DNA of 64,000 nucleotides from Lingula anatina (taxonomy: Eukaryota; Animalia; Brachiopoda): the NCBI GenBank assembly GCA_051362555.1, contig CM120640.1, positions 35,235,967 through 35,299,966 of the forward strand, given 5' to 3'. Below are positions 1-14,279 of this stretch, in pieces. The position numbers were made by a program, and so were the translations under genes. Each line of letters begins with the position of its first letter. Position 1 is the first letter of the stretch. A model generated the notes under the pieces. It was given only the letters and a program-made list of their open reading frames with translations, had not been told where the DNA came from and made no database searches.

Positions 1-2531
1 TCCACCGATGTAACTGACATTGCCAATATTAATATTTGTGTGACTGACCGAATTTCATTTCTTTGTGACACTGGTGAATGTAAGTAGAAAAAAAATCGGT
101 GTTAAAAACTGAAAATAAACTGATTTTACTTTGCCCACAAATCGACTTCCAACGACATTTAAAATCATTTTTAGTTTTGCTGTTAAAGATTGAATCTTTA
201 AATAAAAAATTAGTATATCAAATCAAGCAATTACGTCTTTGAATAGATCATTAATTCCTAATGATTGATTTTGAGGCGATGTTATCCGATCCTCTCTTGA
301 AATATCCCTAAATGCTCTCGCGAAAAAATGGAAAATTGAGGGGGCTATCCGTCCTCAGAGTTGTAAGCTTGGTGTCTTGGTCTAGTATAAACTATGCCAA
401 TCCATCAGTAGCTTTCCTCGCTCTCATAGTTATAAAAATAGTAAAGGTTATGCTCTTCTGATATAATAATACAACAGACTAAGACAGTGTAAAATCTTTT
501 TTATTGTTTCTTTCTTAAAACGTGTATTTTTTGCACATGAACCTCACTCACTGTACACACCATTATGTGGTTTAAACCAAGATTAAAACACAGTAAGTAT
601 AAAGGAAGACTCACAACTGATAAAACCAAAACAGTGAAATAATATTAGTATATAAACGCAGAAATTCTTAAAGACAACATCTGAGTATTCCCACTTTTGG
701 ACAGACTAGACAAGTTCACAAAACACAGGTGCACTAAATGCTTGTCAAACAAAATGTGTCTTATAACTGTTCTACTTTTTTAAAATAATTTTGACAGTAT
801 CTGATATGTACAATAAAACATCCTCACACCATGGCCTAGACAGATAAAGAGGTGAAATGTAATGAAACATGGACAGGAGTTATGACTAAATATTTTGACC
901 AAAAATAAAACTGCAAATCCACTTAATTTTGTCGTTCATAGCATACTTCTTTATACCAGATGATACCAAGCAATGAATCTAATAAAAACCAAGGAACAAC
1001 CTCATGTAGATAAAGTAGCTTGTCATAACAGAGAAATGACATATTGAGACATCTCTTTTGTGCAATATGACTGTGCTTCTCATGAAATTGACACAGACAG
1101 ATACATTTGATTTAATACAAAAAATACTATAAGTAAATAAATAAAATAAAACAAAACAAATAATAATTAAACAAGCAGAGGCATAGTTTTCCTGTTAAAT
1201 TCCTTGGGTTTGATTTTCATTTCTCAAAGATCAGTGATAAACAATAAATAAAAACACCGTTTGCCAAGCATTAATTTTGCAACTTCTGAATACAGAGTAT
1301 AATTTCAACACAGAACAACACTCATCATTTCTGATACATATCTGCAAGCCTGGTATGTTCCAGTTTTAAACTGTATTTGGCAATTCAATCTTAATGTTTT
1401 GAATTTTACTAATACTACTACCTAATATCTATGCTAACCTAATTCATACGGAAGAATATTCTTGTTTTATAAATTCATTCCTCAATAAAATGTCAATCAT
1501 ATATCCCAAGTATGCATTTCTTTGACATAAAAAAAAAGTTCAATGTTTAGTATGCAAAATGATTGAAAAAGGTGATATACTGAACATATTAAAGCACCAC
1601 CCCTATCAAAGAAACAAATCACATTACTATTATGGCTCTAATGTCTGTGCACTGTATGTAGGTAATTCAAATATCAATTTTTGACAATATGGCATGGTCT
1701 GTTTGGAACTAAAGAAAAAATGCTTCTGCACGTATCAGCAGGAACAAATTTTCATTTCAAACTGAGATCAAAGAGTTTCTGACAGCTATGGAGATATACT
1801 GCGACATAGGACTCATTTCCATTGTTCTATGTAATATCAGTATTAACTACACTAAGATATAGGAAAATTAAAGGAAGGACATTTGACAAAAAAATTACAT
1901 CTCTTGTCTAAAATGCGCAGTGAATCTTAAAGTAAACAAATAAAATTCAAACAAAACAAATGAGTAGTTCATATGAATGGCAGCTGTTTGTGATACAAAT
2001 TCAATTCATAGCTTCACAAATCTTATAACTATTACAATGCTATGGTACACCTTAAATAATTACATCACTTAACACCACAGCAAATAATAAATAACTAAAT
2101 TCTATTAGGAACATGGATACACATTATAAAGAGGAAAATGTATTTAACTGGAATACAGGCTATGAAACACATTACTTGTTTTGTGTTATCATATCACCAT
2201 CAGCAGTACCTTAACATTACACTTCCGTTCTATAATAGCTATCAAGAAACCTTGGAGCTTGCTTCTTCAGCTAGGGGTAGTTTTCAAGAAATGCTTATGG
2301 AGATAGTTAAAGAAAATTGTACATCCCTAATGTCTGAATGTCTGGTATTTGAGGTCAGAAATCATAAAAACTTCTTGTCTATTACTCTTCACCACCTTGT
2401 GCTGTCACAATAAATTTCTTCCTTTCTCAGTCATTAAAATCAAAGTAGATATTCATTGCATTGCTTTTGTTATATATCAAAATTATGTGTAAAGAATGAT
2501 CACAACACGTTATTAGTACCAAGGTTGAACC

Positions 2532-5500
2532 TCACACTTCAAACAAATTCTTCAAATCATCCAGGGCCTTCACTATGGTCCGACCAAATCTTTTTGCATT
2601 CTGAAAAAAAAAAAAATAAATAAATAAATAAATAAATAAAGAAGAGAACATAAAGATCAAAATGTATCACTTGGTATTTAGAAATTTTAAAAATGGACAA
2701 AAAACATTTCAACGGATGGATGTGACACATAAAAGAATACTTACAGTCTCTGCACAGGATCTCTTACAGGAGACATGGAAGAAGATTGTGTACTCTCCAG
2801 CAATAATGTAAGACACACCATAACCGTCATCAGCTACCTTAATGGGAGAGGTGTGAGAAACAAATATTTAGACATTACAATATAAAGACAGATATACTTT
2901 TAAACAATGAATTGGTGGCTTCAATTTTACACTCATAATAGTAACTGTTGTAAGTAAATGGAAATTTATCAATATGACAGCCAGACAGAAACTGCCTAAC
3001 TACAATAGTGTATGTGTGTGTGTGTCTGCATGTGAATGAATGTGCGTGTGAGTATCTCTTAGCCATGACTTACTGGCCCAAAGCCACCTCCTGCACAAAT
3101 ATGGTCTGGGTGTTTCAACAAATCCAATCTGTCTGTCTGGGTGTGCGGTGTCTAAAATAAAATGTAAATGGCAATAAATATCATGCTATATATACGGCAT
3201 TTCATATCAAAGGGTTGAACTTCTAAATCAGAAATTTATATAATTGGACTATATATTCTATTCTTATTGCTCAAATTGCCCTGTGTCATCTTTTTCCAAG
3301 TAAAAAAAAGAAGGGGGGGGGCAGGGCTGTAAGATCTGAGACGTACCTGGCTAGTGGACAGCCTCCATGGTTCCCCTAGCACTTCTTTCAGGAATGGAGA
3401 TTCAATCTCGAGGTACTTTGAAACCACATATAGACAGAACAAGTGCCTGTCAATGCCATTGCCAGTCATGGCCAGGCGGTATGATTCCTGATGAGTCTCT
3501 GATGCCTTTTTGAACAGGGCCATCTTTTCAGCTTTCTGGAATGATAAATAGAAATGACAATGATTTGACGATATGTTACAACTCCTATGCATAGGAAATA
3601 CTGTCACTTTCAGTACAATCATAATCAGCTTAAACTTATCAAAGGTTACACTTACTGTTTTGGTTTTGTCATCCATGGCTCTGGCAAAGTTGGCAGCATC
3701 TATTGTGCAGGAGCGGACAGTTTCTGTCCTACCCTCCCTGAACAGTCTGGTCATTGAGGCTTCATAGGTCAAGCAAAATTTTCCAGCATCCTTTTGCAGG
3801 AAAAACAAAATACATATCTGTCACAAAATTGTGCACAAAATCAATACTGGATTAGCTATATTTGTAAGTTTAAAACATTATAAAATTGTTGCAAACAGTA
3901 AAAGGTTTTGCTAGGGGTGGCCAACTACACTCTGTTAAAATTCATAATATATCACAGCCATTTTAAGTGTATAGCCTTACAAAATCTATAAACACAATAT
4001 CACTATCAAAGTTAAAAATTGCTTTAACTATAAAAGAACCTTTTTAGTAACCCTTCTACTTTCAACATTTTAGGAGTCAAATTCCACACAAAACTTACTC
4101 TAAAGTAAGCTAACTGTAGAGCCATCTGTATAAATGCATCAGGGCTGGTCTTGCACTTCTTGATCAGTCCTTTTCCAAACTGTGTATGAACTTCCAGGTG
4201 AAGATCTACATCATTGGCAAGAGCCTGGGAAACACGCAGGCTATTGTCTATCACAGCGCAGCACTGGAGATAGAACAAATACAAACATATACATACTCCT
4301 ATGATAAGTAAAGAGTGATGGCTGTAAGCTCAGGATTTTTTTCAAATTTTTTAAGCTGTGAGAATAAGCTTCCTTATTGCCTCACCTCATCTGGGATCTC
4401 CCACTGCAGACGAATAGGGTTGGGTGGCTGTATACTAGCCTCTCCCTTGCAGTGGCCTGTCTCTGTGTATCTAAATAAAGAAAAAACTCAACTTCATCAA
4501 AATGCAACAAATCCACATCAAGATAAGCATATTTAAAATGATATCATTTATATCTTACTACTCAAACTTGGATCATGAAAATATAGTTATCTGTTTCACA
4601 ATTATCTCTAATCCACTGAGATTCAATCATTAAAATAACTTTTTTGATATATTTTATAAAAGGTTAATCCTTAAACCATATACATACACACGAAAAATCA
4701 ACTTGAAGAGTAATTTATCATTAATTCATGAAAAGTATGGAGAATACTTCTGTTCCCAATTTACTTTTAACTTTCATTGTGTAAAACTAAAAAAAAAATC
4801 ACAAAAACACACACACAACACTATTACTACTAATAAACAAAAATCATAATATCGCATGCAAATTGGTATTATATGTATATAAAGTTTCCATGAAGTGAAT
4901 GAACAGAATGAACTTGATCAATCCCCATTTTGCTTGTTATTTCACCAATGTGATGAAGTGGCAGTGGATAAGTTTCCTCTGGAGGCACCCTTGACCTTGA
5001 ACAGTACTGATAGGTATTTTATAATTACCCAGTTTCTGTATCTATAGCCATAGTAGTCTCCCACAGATGAGCCATTATGGGGGCATCAGCCCTAAAGAAA
5101 ACCCACATAATACTAACAAAATTGAACAAACTCAGAGAACAGACAAATCATGCACAAGGGACAGAAAAAGCAACAAGAAAAGCAAAGACAGAAAGTGCAT
5201 GCCTGAAAATGATCAATGCAAAACCTTCAATACCTTCTATACAGCATAACAAACAAAATGCATGGTTTGTGACATCTTGGGTATAATGTCATAAAATGTT
5301 GTAAAGCATCTATCAATTTTATAACCAAAAATGTTATCAGTGACCACAAAGATTGATCAATTTGGATAAAACATATGCCCAACAGTAAATAAGTACTGCA
5401 AAATAACATGCTTTTGTTATGTATAACTATAATTCTAGATTTTTATTCAGTTCCATATTCGGAGGTATTGAAGTACCACATATGACCAATTTTAATCCGC

Positions 5501-6611
5501 AGAATTACGCCATAGTTACATCCACCACAGAAACTGGAGAGTTGTTACCAAGAAAAGAAATGCAAAAAGGGGTGCAAATACAGATGATAAATGCTGTGTC
5601 AAATATAAATAATAATAATAATAATAATAACAAAAATGTTTCAATAACCATGCATAGATTCTTGTGTGTGACAAGACAGTATCCATACTTAACAGTAAAA
5701 AGCCTGCTGAGTATGTATACACATTCTCACAAAGGTATTTTCCAGGACCCGTTACCAAAATATAACAAAATGTATCCAGATCCAAAGGTCTTGCACACAC
5801 ACAAGCTTGAATGTTAGTATGTATAACCCACCAAAATTGTGTACATTAAAGGGCAACTCATACCCTAAATGAGCTATATCTTCACTTATTCCATATTCCC
5901 ACAGATGAGCCATGATTGGAGCATCAGCCCTAAGAATCAGTAGCAAAAGTAAAGAACATCTATTTGGACAAGCAGGGGTGAAAATCTACTTGGAAAATGC
6001 CAATTATTTACAAGATCTGATCTGCAGAAAACACCATATATGAATTGCAATCACTGGTGGTTGAATCCACTGCAGATATGCAGTTGAAAATGTCTAATGC
6101 ATACAGATGATGACAAAGACAGTTTGGTTAACATAAGTAAAATCCACAATTCAAACAGAAGTAAGAAAGGTGCACTTCAGTATGACCAATAATATAATCA
6201 TCTCAGTAAAGTACTCTATAATTTCAATTGGTTAAAACACAGAATTTAGTGTCTACACTAACTTTATTGAGACAATTTAAGAAACATCAAAACCACATGA
6301 TTACAAAAATACACATATAAATATACATGAATTATGTTATCAAAAATCACATTTAACACTACTTCAGAATACTTAAAGGCTGCGTAAGTTTCTTCTGTGG
6401 CATACTGCCTTTATCTCAGCTGTATTGAACAGGTTATATCAATTTTATATCAATTTTAATGGTAAACTTTGCTGATGTATATTTTTTTGACATTTATAAA
6501 TGATGAACAAGCACTGCTTATTAAATGACAACTCTCTTTGACAATTGACACACTTACCAGGAATGTTCAGCATTGAATCCAATCTAGAATTATAGAAACA
6601 TTTAACATATA

Positions 6612-6642
<31 letters not shown>

Positions 6643-9600
6643 CCACATATGAAACATCTATTTAACACATGTATATTAAGTGAGCACATAAATATCCTGT
6701 GAATTCTCAAATACTGGGCATTAAAATATTTGTTGACACTGTAAAACTGGAAATTATCTAGAGAATAAAGTCAATGAAAAATGATGACTAAATCAAAAAA
6801 TAAAAGAATCTAGGCAAATAAAAGTACAACACACACAAACACCAAGGTGTTAAAAATTTGAAAGCATCATACTCACCCTGCCATTAGCACTGATGATAAG
6901 ATTGAAAGTCTTATCAAACCATCTGTCATAGCCTTTTCCATGCAGCATGGCACGGGCCCAAGAACTCAACTTGTTGGGCTCATTCTGCAAAACAAAGCGT
7001 TTTAAGTTAAAAATCCCACCTATACAGGTATTCAACAGCTTATATTGAAACACTGAAATTAGGACGCTGCTTTGTAATCTATCCTACACTTTTCCAATGA
7101 GTCATTTCAAAGCAAATCTTAAGAACTTTATTTATGAAAAACAATATTTGTTCTAGAAATACTTTTACTCATTTATTTATTCAAGTTAAATTCTCGTGTA
7201 TTTCTCCTCACCAGATCAATGTATCTTGGTTCATCATCCAACACTACCACAAATGCAGACTGGAAAAATAAATATCACACAAAAATTGAATTGTACTTTT
7301 GTAAAAACTATTTTTTTCACAACGTTAATGACATATTTATTGTAAGTTCCAAATCACACTTATGTGTGCTAAAAGCAAATTTTTATGAGTTTAAAATACA
7401 ATGTTCCTATATTTCCAAATAAATAAATTTCTAGTAAATCTAATAATTTTGCCACCATTCAAACTCCATTGTCTCAATTTCTTGTTACCTTTTCAATAGA
7501 ATCCAAAGAAGTCTTATTAACACCCTTTCCAAAGTATTCTTTCCTTGCTTTTGCCCATGGAATTCTGTCTCCAGCAGTTAGGGCTCCAAGTTTTTCTTCA
7601 CCTTTAGCAGGCTCATGATTATCTTCAATGATCTTTTTAAAGCTCCTGGTAACAAAAATTAAAATAGCTTTGAAAAGATTTAAAAGCATTCCACAGTCTC
7701 ATCAAAACAAAAAACATCTCATTAAAAATACATAAGATTGTGCCTTATATCATGTGAAACTAAAAATTATTTGAACTTCTGAGAATAAATCTATCAGTAG
7801 CTAAAATTTGCAGAAAACAATGAAAATGCTACTGAACAAAATGATGTAGTAGTATTCATTTTTTTCTTGACACTAAAACTTACAATTCCAACTCAGCAGG
7901 ATTAAGCAGTCTGCCCTTGTAATGGATATACATTTTGTAGTAACAGCCCTTGTGGTAGACCACTATGTGGCGAGAGTCGTACCAATGAACCAACTTGTCT
8001 AGAAAATGAAAGGTAAAAATATCTTTTCAGACTTGATGAAAATAAATTTCAAACCACCTGAATAATCATATTTATTGTTTATGCACATTTTTCAAGAAAT
8101 AAGCTGATCTAACTTCGACTTCGCCAGATAACACAAAAGAGAAGAAAAAATTGCCCAGTTACAGAATCTACTTAATTTACTTAAAAGTAATGAAGTCTGA
8201 GGACTAAATTTTATACAATTTCTGGAATTATATGCCACACACTCACCTGTTTCCACACCAGGCAATCTAACAGAGTTGAACTGTCTTTCATACTGCTGGG
8301 AGCACAGGGGAACAGTACCATTCAGCAGGATCTGAAAAATAAATATCATTCTTTTAGGAACAGTATATAAAAAAATGGCGTGAAAAAATACAAAAAATAC
8401 ATTTTGCTGAAATGAACATCATTTTTTAGCATTAACTGATTTAAGTTCTTTTCAACTTGACTATTAACAATCATTTTAATAAATTAATTTATATAAAAAC
8501 TTTCATCTCTCTTTAACCTTATAGCCAGGACAACAACTTATGCCCCTCATGCTTTAGACATATGCACATACACCCAGACCATGCTGTTGTGAGATAGAAG
8601 ATAGAAGCAGTGTTGACAAGATATAAGGCAGTAATCTGTTTACACAGTGCCTTGCAATCATAATTTTATCTTTATGACTTTTGTGAGTATCAGCACAGGT
8701 CATAATGATAATATAAAATAGCATACTCAATCGGAATCCATCTTTTTGTAACACTACAACTGAATCATTCAAGCGCACTTAAAATAGCCTTTTTTTTCTC
8801 ATAAATGCAAAATTTCTATCAAAAGTCAAATATTTAGAATGTTGTAACTATGTGTTTAAGGAAAACTCACTGGGGACAACTCTTCTCTCTCAATCTCTCT
8901 CCTAAATTTCAGGAAAGCATATGTGACATTGGCAGCTCTGGCAGCCTGTATCTTGGTGGGATGGTGGAAAACAGCACCCTGTAAAATGACATAAACACTT
9001 ATTAACTTAATTTGCATGCATTTGTGGCAAATACATTCATAGAAATTGTATCTTATTTACAAACATTTATCAAAAAGAGTCTAGACCAGATTTTAGTGTG
9101 TGTAAAAATCATTGGAATACTAATGACAATTAAGGGGCTCGACTCTCAAGAAGTTGAGTTTGTTGATAACCCTGACATTGTCTCTTTCACAAACATAACA
9201 TGTGAAAAAAGTAACTACCTGCCTTGGCTTTATTCTTTACAAATGTGCCAAAGAAATATACCACAGATCCTGAGCTTACTTATGCCCTGATATGGTGAGC
9301 CTTTCAATGCACACTAAAATCAGCCAAATCGAGGCATAAGTAAGCTCAGTACCTGGATTATATTACGTGGGCACATTTGGGACGAAAAAAGCAAAGGTAC
9401 ACAATTTCTCGGTTCACATATTATTTTAAGTGTAACGTGTGTGAAAGCCACAAAATGTTAGGGTCATCAATAAAGTCAACATATTTCTGTCATGGGAGAT
9501 CACAGCTTTCCTGACTACTTACCACACCATAGTAGTTGCTGTTGACCATGATGGGGGATCTTCCCCTGAGGTAGACATACTCTTCCCACCAATCAGACAC

Positions 9601-12139
9601 CTAAAATATATTACCATTACGAGGTGAATATAATAGCAATGTAAGCATATGTTACCTCCTAGTGCAGAAGATGCATTACACATGCTGTAGATAGACATAA
9701 CTGGAAATCAGAAGATAAAGTTCTGATATCCCATGGAAATTGTAAATATTTTCTTTTATATCAGTACATGCCCTTTTAAACAAAAGCTCATAATTTTAAT
9801 CAATGACTTTTCTGACTTGATAGAGGTTCTACTATTTTTATGACCAAAAAAAACTTAAATCTGTATTTTTAAAGTCTTATATATCAAGTGATCAGCAGGT
9901 ATTCAAATGTTCAGCCGAATACTTACATAATTAGTGGCCCACCAGGATTTCAGGAGAAGGTACCTCTGCAACTTCTTACCCACACCATTTTTGAATTCTT
10001 CAGAGAGGGTTTTCATTCTCTCATAATTAGCATCGTCCATAAGTGGGCGGACAGACTTAATATACTAAAATGAAAATTGTGGATAATGCAGACAGTAATG
10101 GGTAAAGAAATCTCATGCTGAAAATATAAGGAGTTATAGATCAAATTTACATGGATTCTTTTATCAACAAAAATATGCATAAAAATAGTTCTCAAGTCAG
10201 AGGTTTTTGTTTAAGTTACATCTGCACTTAATATTTGTGGTCTGAAACTGGGCATTCAATATGCTAAATAAGTCAAAATATTTTTCAGTGTGCTTGTGTA
10301 CATGTGCATGCTTGTGAACACAAATGCATCCTTACTCTTTCCATGGTATCCTCCACTCTGGGAACAAACATCTTCGGTAAAGAAGCTTGGTAACTGTACA
10401 GCAGTGGTTTCCTGCCTCCCAGCAGGCGCACTAAGACCTGAAAGGAAAAATGTCATGTTTTTACTTTATGCAGAAATATCTATGTATAACAGCACAGCTT
10501 ATGAACAAGTGCAAATAGTAAACATGCCTGAAAACATTTTCCAGCTGTTGTTTTGATGAGGTCATTTGCACTCATCTGGTTCATGAAATTTCCCTATCAT
10601 CAAATCCTGTTTCGAACTTTAAAACAATACATTCCAGTTTGTTTACTACACTATATTTTCCTCTCTGCTTATTTGCTTTGATCTTATTCAGAATTTGGAG
10701 AAACACTAATTGATTACATTTATCAAATCTCCCTTTTCATTCAGGCAAGGACAGGCTATTCCCTAACTTTTCTGCCATATGAAAACATACCAAATTGACT
10801 ACCTTTCTTTATTAAACTTAACAACACAAACTGAGTAAAACATGGTTGTTTAAACTTACCGACCACAGCTTTGTCCATATTGACACTTTTCCTCTTGGTT
10901 CAAACATCCATCCGTGGTACATCAGGAGGAGTTTCAGCAGATACCTCAACACAAATATTTTGAGAAGCCAGACCAAAGTCCCAAACACAACTGCACTTGC
11001 ATAAAATTTGTATGGATAGCTGAGAGCTCTTACACTGGAAAAATAAATAACAGAATACTTAAAAAGAAAAACTGTTGGGGTAAAAAATCTGATCACTTCA
11101 GTGAAAATTGCTCTCTTTATTTGTGTGACAAAACGCTGTCAGAACAAATACCATCAAATTAATCTTGACTGGATCATGGTACACAATGTAGCATTGTTAA
11201 CATTATCTTTCCCAATTATAAGAAAAACTGGATGTACGTTAACAATTTTACCCAATACTCAAAAAAACTTCAAATGAACATCAACATTTTAAAATCTGGC
11301 ATTAAGAATCTTAGAAATTAATGAAGTAATCTTGCAATTTCTATTATAGTTTTAGTAGTTGAAAAAAAAAAAAAAGAATATTTGTTCATTAAATAAGGAC
11401 CAAAGTGTCACTTCTCGCCAAACTTCAACTTACCCAGGCATTCCACTCTGGATGCTATCTATAAGCCCCAGAGAAACATCCACCTTGGCCAGAACAAAAG
11501 CCAGGACAATGCTGACAGTGAACACCCAACTTATGGGGGCTGCTGGATACATGATGTTGATGAGGCGGTTCTTAAATAAATATATATGATAAGTGATAGG
11601 TCTATGTACCATACTCTAAGAAGTTCTATATAAATATTTAAACATGTAACTCTTTAATGTAATTCTTTGTACAGTAAGAATTGTATTTAAGTAAACAACA
11701 GCAACAGATTAGCAACATTCTGATGGAAATTCATCCGTGTAGTCATAGGATATGATTCAAGTGTTAAACTTTAAAATTTCTACACTAAAAATAGACATAC
11801 GACATCACACTGAAGAAGATCACGGATGTGATCGAAAGCTCTGTCAGGTATAGCTCTATTTTTAGTGTAGAAATTGAAAAGTTTAATAATTGAATCAGAT
11901 TAGCAACATCTTTTCAGCAACATGCCTCCTTGATGGTTAATCATAACTATCATAAAGACAACAAAATTTGTTTTTTTTTTTAAATCTGAAATACTTACCT
12001 TGAATCTGGCAATCCTTTTCTTCCATGATCGAACACCACTTTCCCATACAGCATGGAGGGCATCATGGTTCACATCAAAGTTGACTCCCTCATGAGTGAT
12101 AGTAAAAGAAAAAGCCACAGCAGCGTGTGCCTCTGCCAT
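2532..12139 (-). CDS. CPT1: Carnitine O-palmitoyltransferase 1 (multi-exon; span from ATG to stop)
   Basis: Starts [12 protein letters not shown] at ATG 12139. Exons encode [54 protein letters not shown] (catalytic His), [42 protein letters not shown] and GGGFGP. Stop TGA at 2532-2534. GT-AG introns. Confidence 0.97.
5029..5091 (-). CDS. CPT1: CPT1 alternative exon B ([21 protein letters not shown]), 63 nt
   Basis: tttag| ... |gtaatt, phase 2-2, open frame. The first 11 residues match exon A, with synonymous differences. Confidence 0.9.
5864..5929 (-). CDS. CPT1: CPT1 alternative exon A ([22 protein letters not shown]), 66 nt
   Basis: cttag| ... |gtatga, phase 2-2, open frame. Confidence 0.9.
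6558..6583 (-). CDS. CPT1: CPT1 26-nt microexon carrying the catalytic histidine (IGFNAEHS/W)
   Basis: tctag|ATTGGATTCAATGCTGAACATTCCTG|gtaagt on the minus strand; phase fits both flanking exons. Confidence 0.92.
9153..9480. mobile_element. Old palindromic MITE / foldback element in a CPT1 intron
   Basis: Perfect 17-bp inverted repeat 9270-9286 / 9333-9349 (CTGAGCTTACTTATGCC). Degenerate complementarity extends out to about 9153 and 9480. Confidence 0.7.
11719..11895 (+). mobile_element. Short Penelope-like pLTR insertion with an internal inverted repeat and 14-bp target duplication
   Basis: CAGATTAGCAACAT at 11705-11718 and 11896-11909; 43-bp inverted repeat 11753-11795 / 11855-11897; hammerhead core in the loop. 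Confidence 0.7.
11807..11844 (+). ncRNA. Minimal type I hammerhead ribozyme motif
   Basis: ACA-CUGAAGA-A-GAUCAC(GGAU)GUGAUC-GAAA-GC-UC-UGU: intact core, 6-bp stem II, palindromic AGCU in place of stem III, 3-bp stem I. Confidence 0.75.
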
Positions 12140-14279
12140 CTTGTCAGATCTGGAAAATAATAACAACACTTAAATCTAAACGGGAGGTTAAGTTACATGG
12201 ATTTCTTCTACTTTCTCTGAATAAGGCATCATTTTTCTATAAAAGCTACCATAAAGAACCAAAAAAAAAAAAAAAAAAGGGAAAAGATGTTCAAAACTAG
12301 ATCAAGCCAAACATTTGCTATACATAGAACATATGAAAAAATATATATTCCTACGCAAAAAGTATATGCTACACCTATGAGCTATAAATATGTTAAGATA
12401 AATACAGCAAAAGGCCATCCAGGAATATCAAGATTATATTAACATCATCCGATCAGTTTTACCATGAAAATGTATCTAGAAAAACATACTTCAAATTGCA
12501 GAGGTCCTTTTTATAATGAAAAAATTTGGGTGAATTATTATACAAAGATACCATTGTCTGACAAATTAACTAGTACTCATTTATAGTATTTTCTAACTAA
12601 TATACCATTAAATATGTTAGTCATACACGCACTATGAACCGACAAATATGTGTTACATAGCAAAAAAAATAAAAAAATAAAAAATCAAAAAGTTTTATTG
12701 GGCTGTTTTGCAAAAGTAAAAATGCAAAGGGTACCAGAAAATCAATCACCTGTGACGAAGAACCCAAGATATAAATCACAATATATGCAAGAGTGAAAAA
12801 CATCCTGTTAAATTGATATCTCACAGAGTCACTCATATCAATCCAACAAATACATAACTAATTTACAATTTTGAAACTCAAAAATGAATTTCAAAATGCT
12901 ATGCAGAGCATTGCTGATACCAGGTAATCTACCAATAAAAATCTGCATATTATGGTTTCTTATCAGATCATCTACTTTTGTCCCTCACAGGAGGTGTACC
13001 AGCCCTTCTAATTCTCATATTCATAGCATACATTTCCAAAATCAGTATGTGCTTGATACCAGATATAAGTTGAATTGTAGATTCAGAATTCTCTATATCT
13101 ATACAAGCAGTTGATAGTAGATTACTGTACACTGTAAAACTGCCATATCATACCTGGGACTGTTAGGACCAAAACTTTTTAATACATATTTTATTCAAAG
13201 GCTTGTGCTTAATAAACTTAAATAAATTAGGTCAAATACTCCACTATCAGCCCTATCTTTGTCCTTCACTTATAACTGTCTTATTCCATTGGCAAAGGGT
13301 AATTTTTCAAATACAAATATGAATTGTATGTTTAATTATTCAATAGCAGCTCAGTCCTGTTGGTAGGAAAGTTTCATGTTTCTTCCAGATAAGCCTTCCT
13401 CTTATTCAGGAAAAGGGCCCTCTCTTAATCTAATTTTACTCTAGGTTCTAACAACATTCATTAATTCATAATAAAAAGGTCCACTTTTTTTTTTTAGAAA
13501 AATACCCCCTTGCCCCCTTTGAAACTGCTGGCCATAGGCTTGGGAAATAACATATAAATCAAGCTTTCTTTAAAGCTTTGAAAAAGTATGTTATTGTGAG
13601 AAGAATTATTTTTAAAAGGTGTTTACTTATCACAGAAATAGAGAGCTTTTAGGTAAATGCCCATAAAACACAATGATATGTACAAAATGTACGTAAATCT
13701 TGAAGTCTAACTTCCATAAAATTAAGGCAAGATAAAACATTGGAAGTCAGGTTAAGACATGCAATTCTCATGTAGTACAATGAGGGTTTACATGAGGGTT
13801 TATGTTTTGCACCTTGGAATATACAGTATGAACTTGAAACAATAATTAATTCTTTCCCAAGCTCGTTAATTATAATTTATATCTGTGTAACATACCTGTA
13901 CAATACTACATCTGTCTGGGCCCGGGGAATCACTTGCTGTGATTTACTCCCATAATTTCTAAAATAACTTGACTATATAATCAAACCAAACTTAAATCTG
14001 CTTTGACATGCAATCTTTTATAAACTTTAAACATTAATGCAAGAAATTATTTTATACAAGAATTAGACTTTTATCTTCTGTCTTGTTTACGTATTCCTCG
14101 AGTGGGTACAAACTTGGGTAATTCGTTTTGTGGTTGGAAATTTGCATACTCAGTAAGAACAAAACTATGGGAAGGCACTAATACAAAACCATTCATTTGG
14201 TGCAGATTTTGACAAAGTTCACATCAGTATAGCAGATGCATGCCCCTTATGATTATGTTTCAAGAAAACGGAGATTTAC

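Noticed and set aside
1-500. Donor-like GTAAGT and a TCTCGCGA motif at the window start
   Set aside because: No assignable coding sequence; the context lies outside the window.
5227-5817. ORFs between the CPT1 alternative exons (possible extra exon copies)
   Set aside because: No ADAP motif or matching splice sites; low-complexity intron sequence.
4961-6073. 9-bp complementarity GCAGTGGAT / ATCCACTGC bracketing both CPT1 alternative exons
   Set aside because: Does not extend; plausible by chance over this distance.
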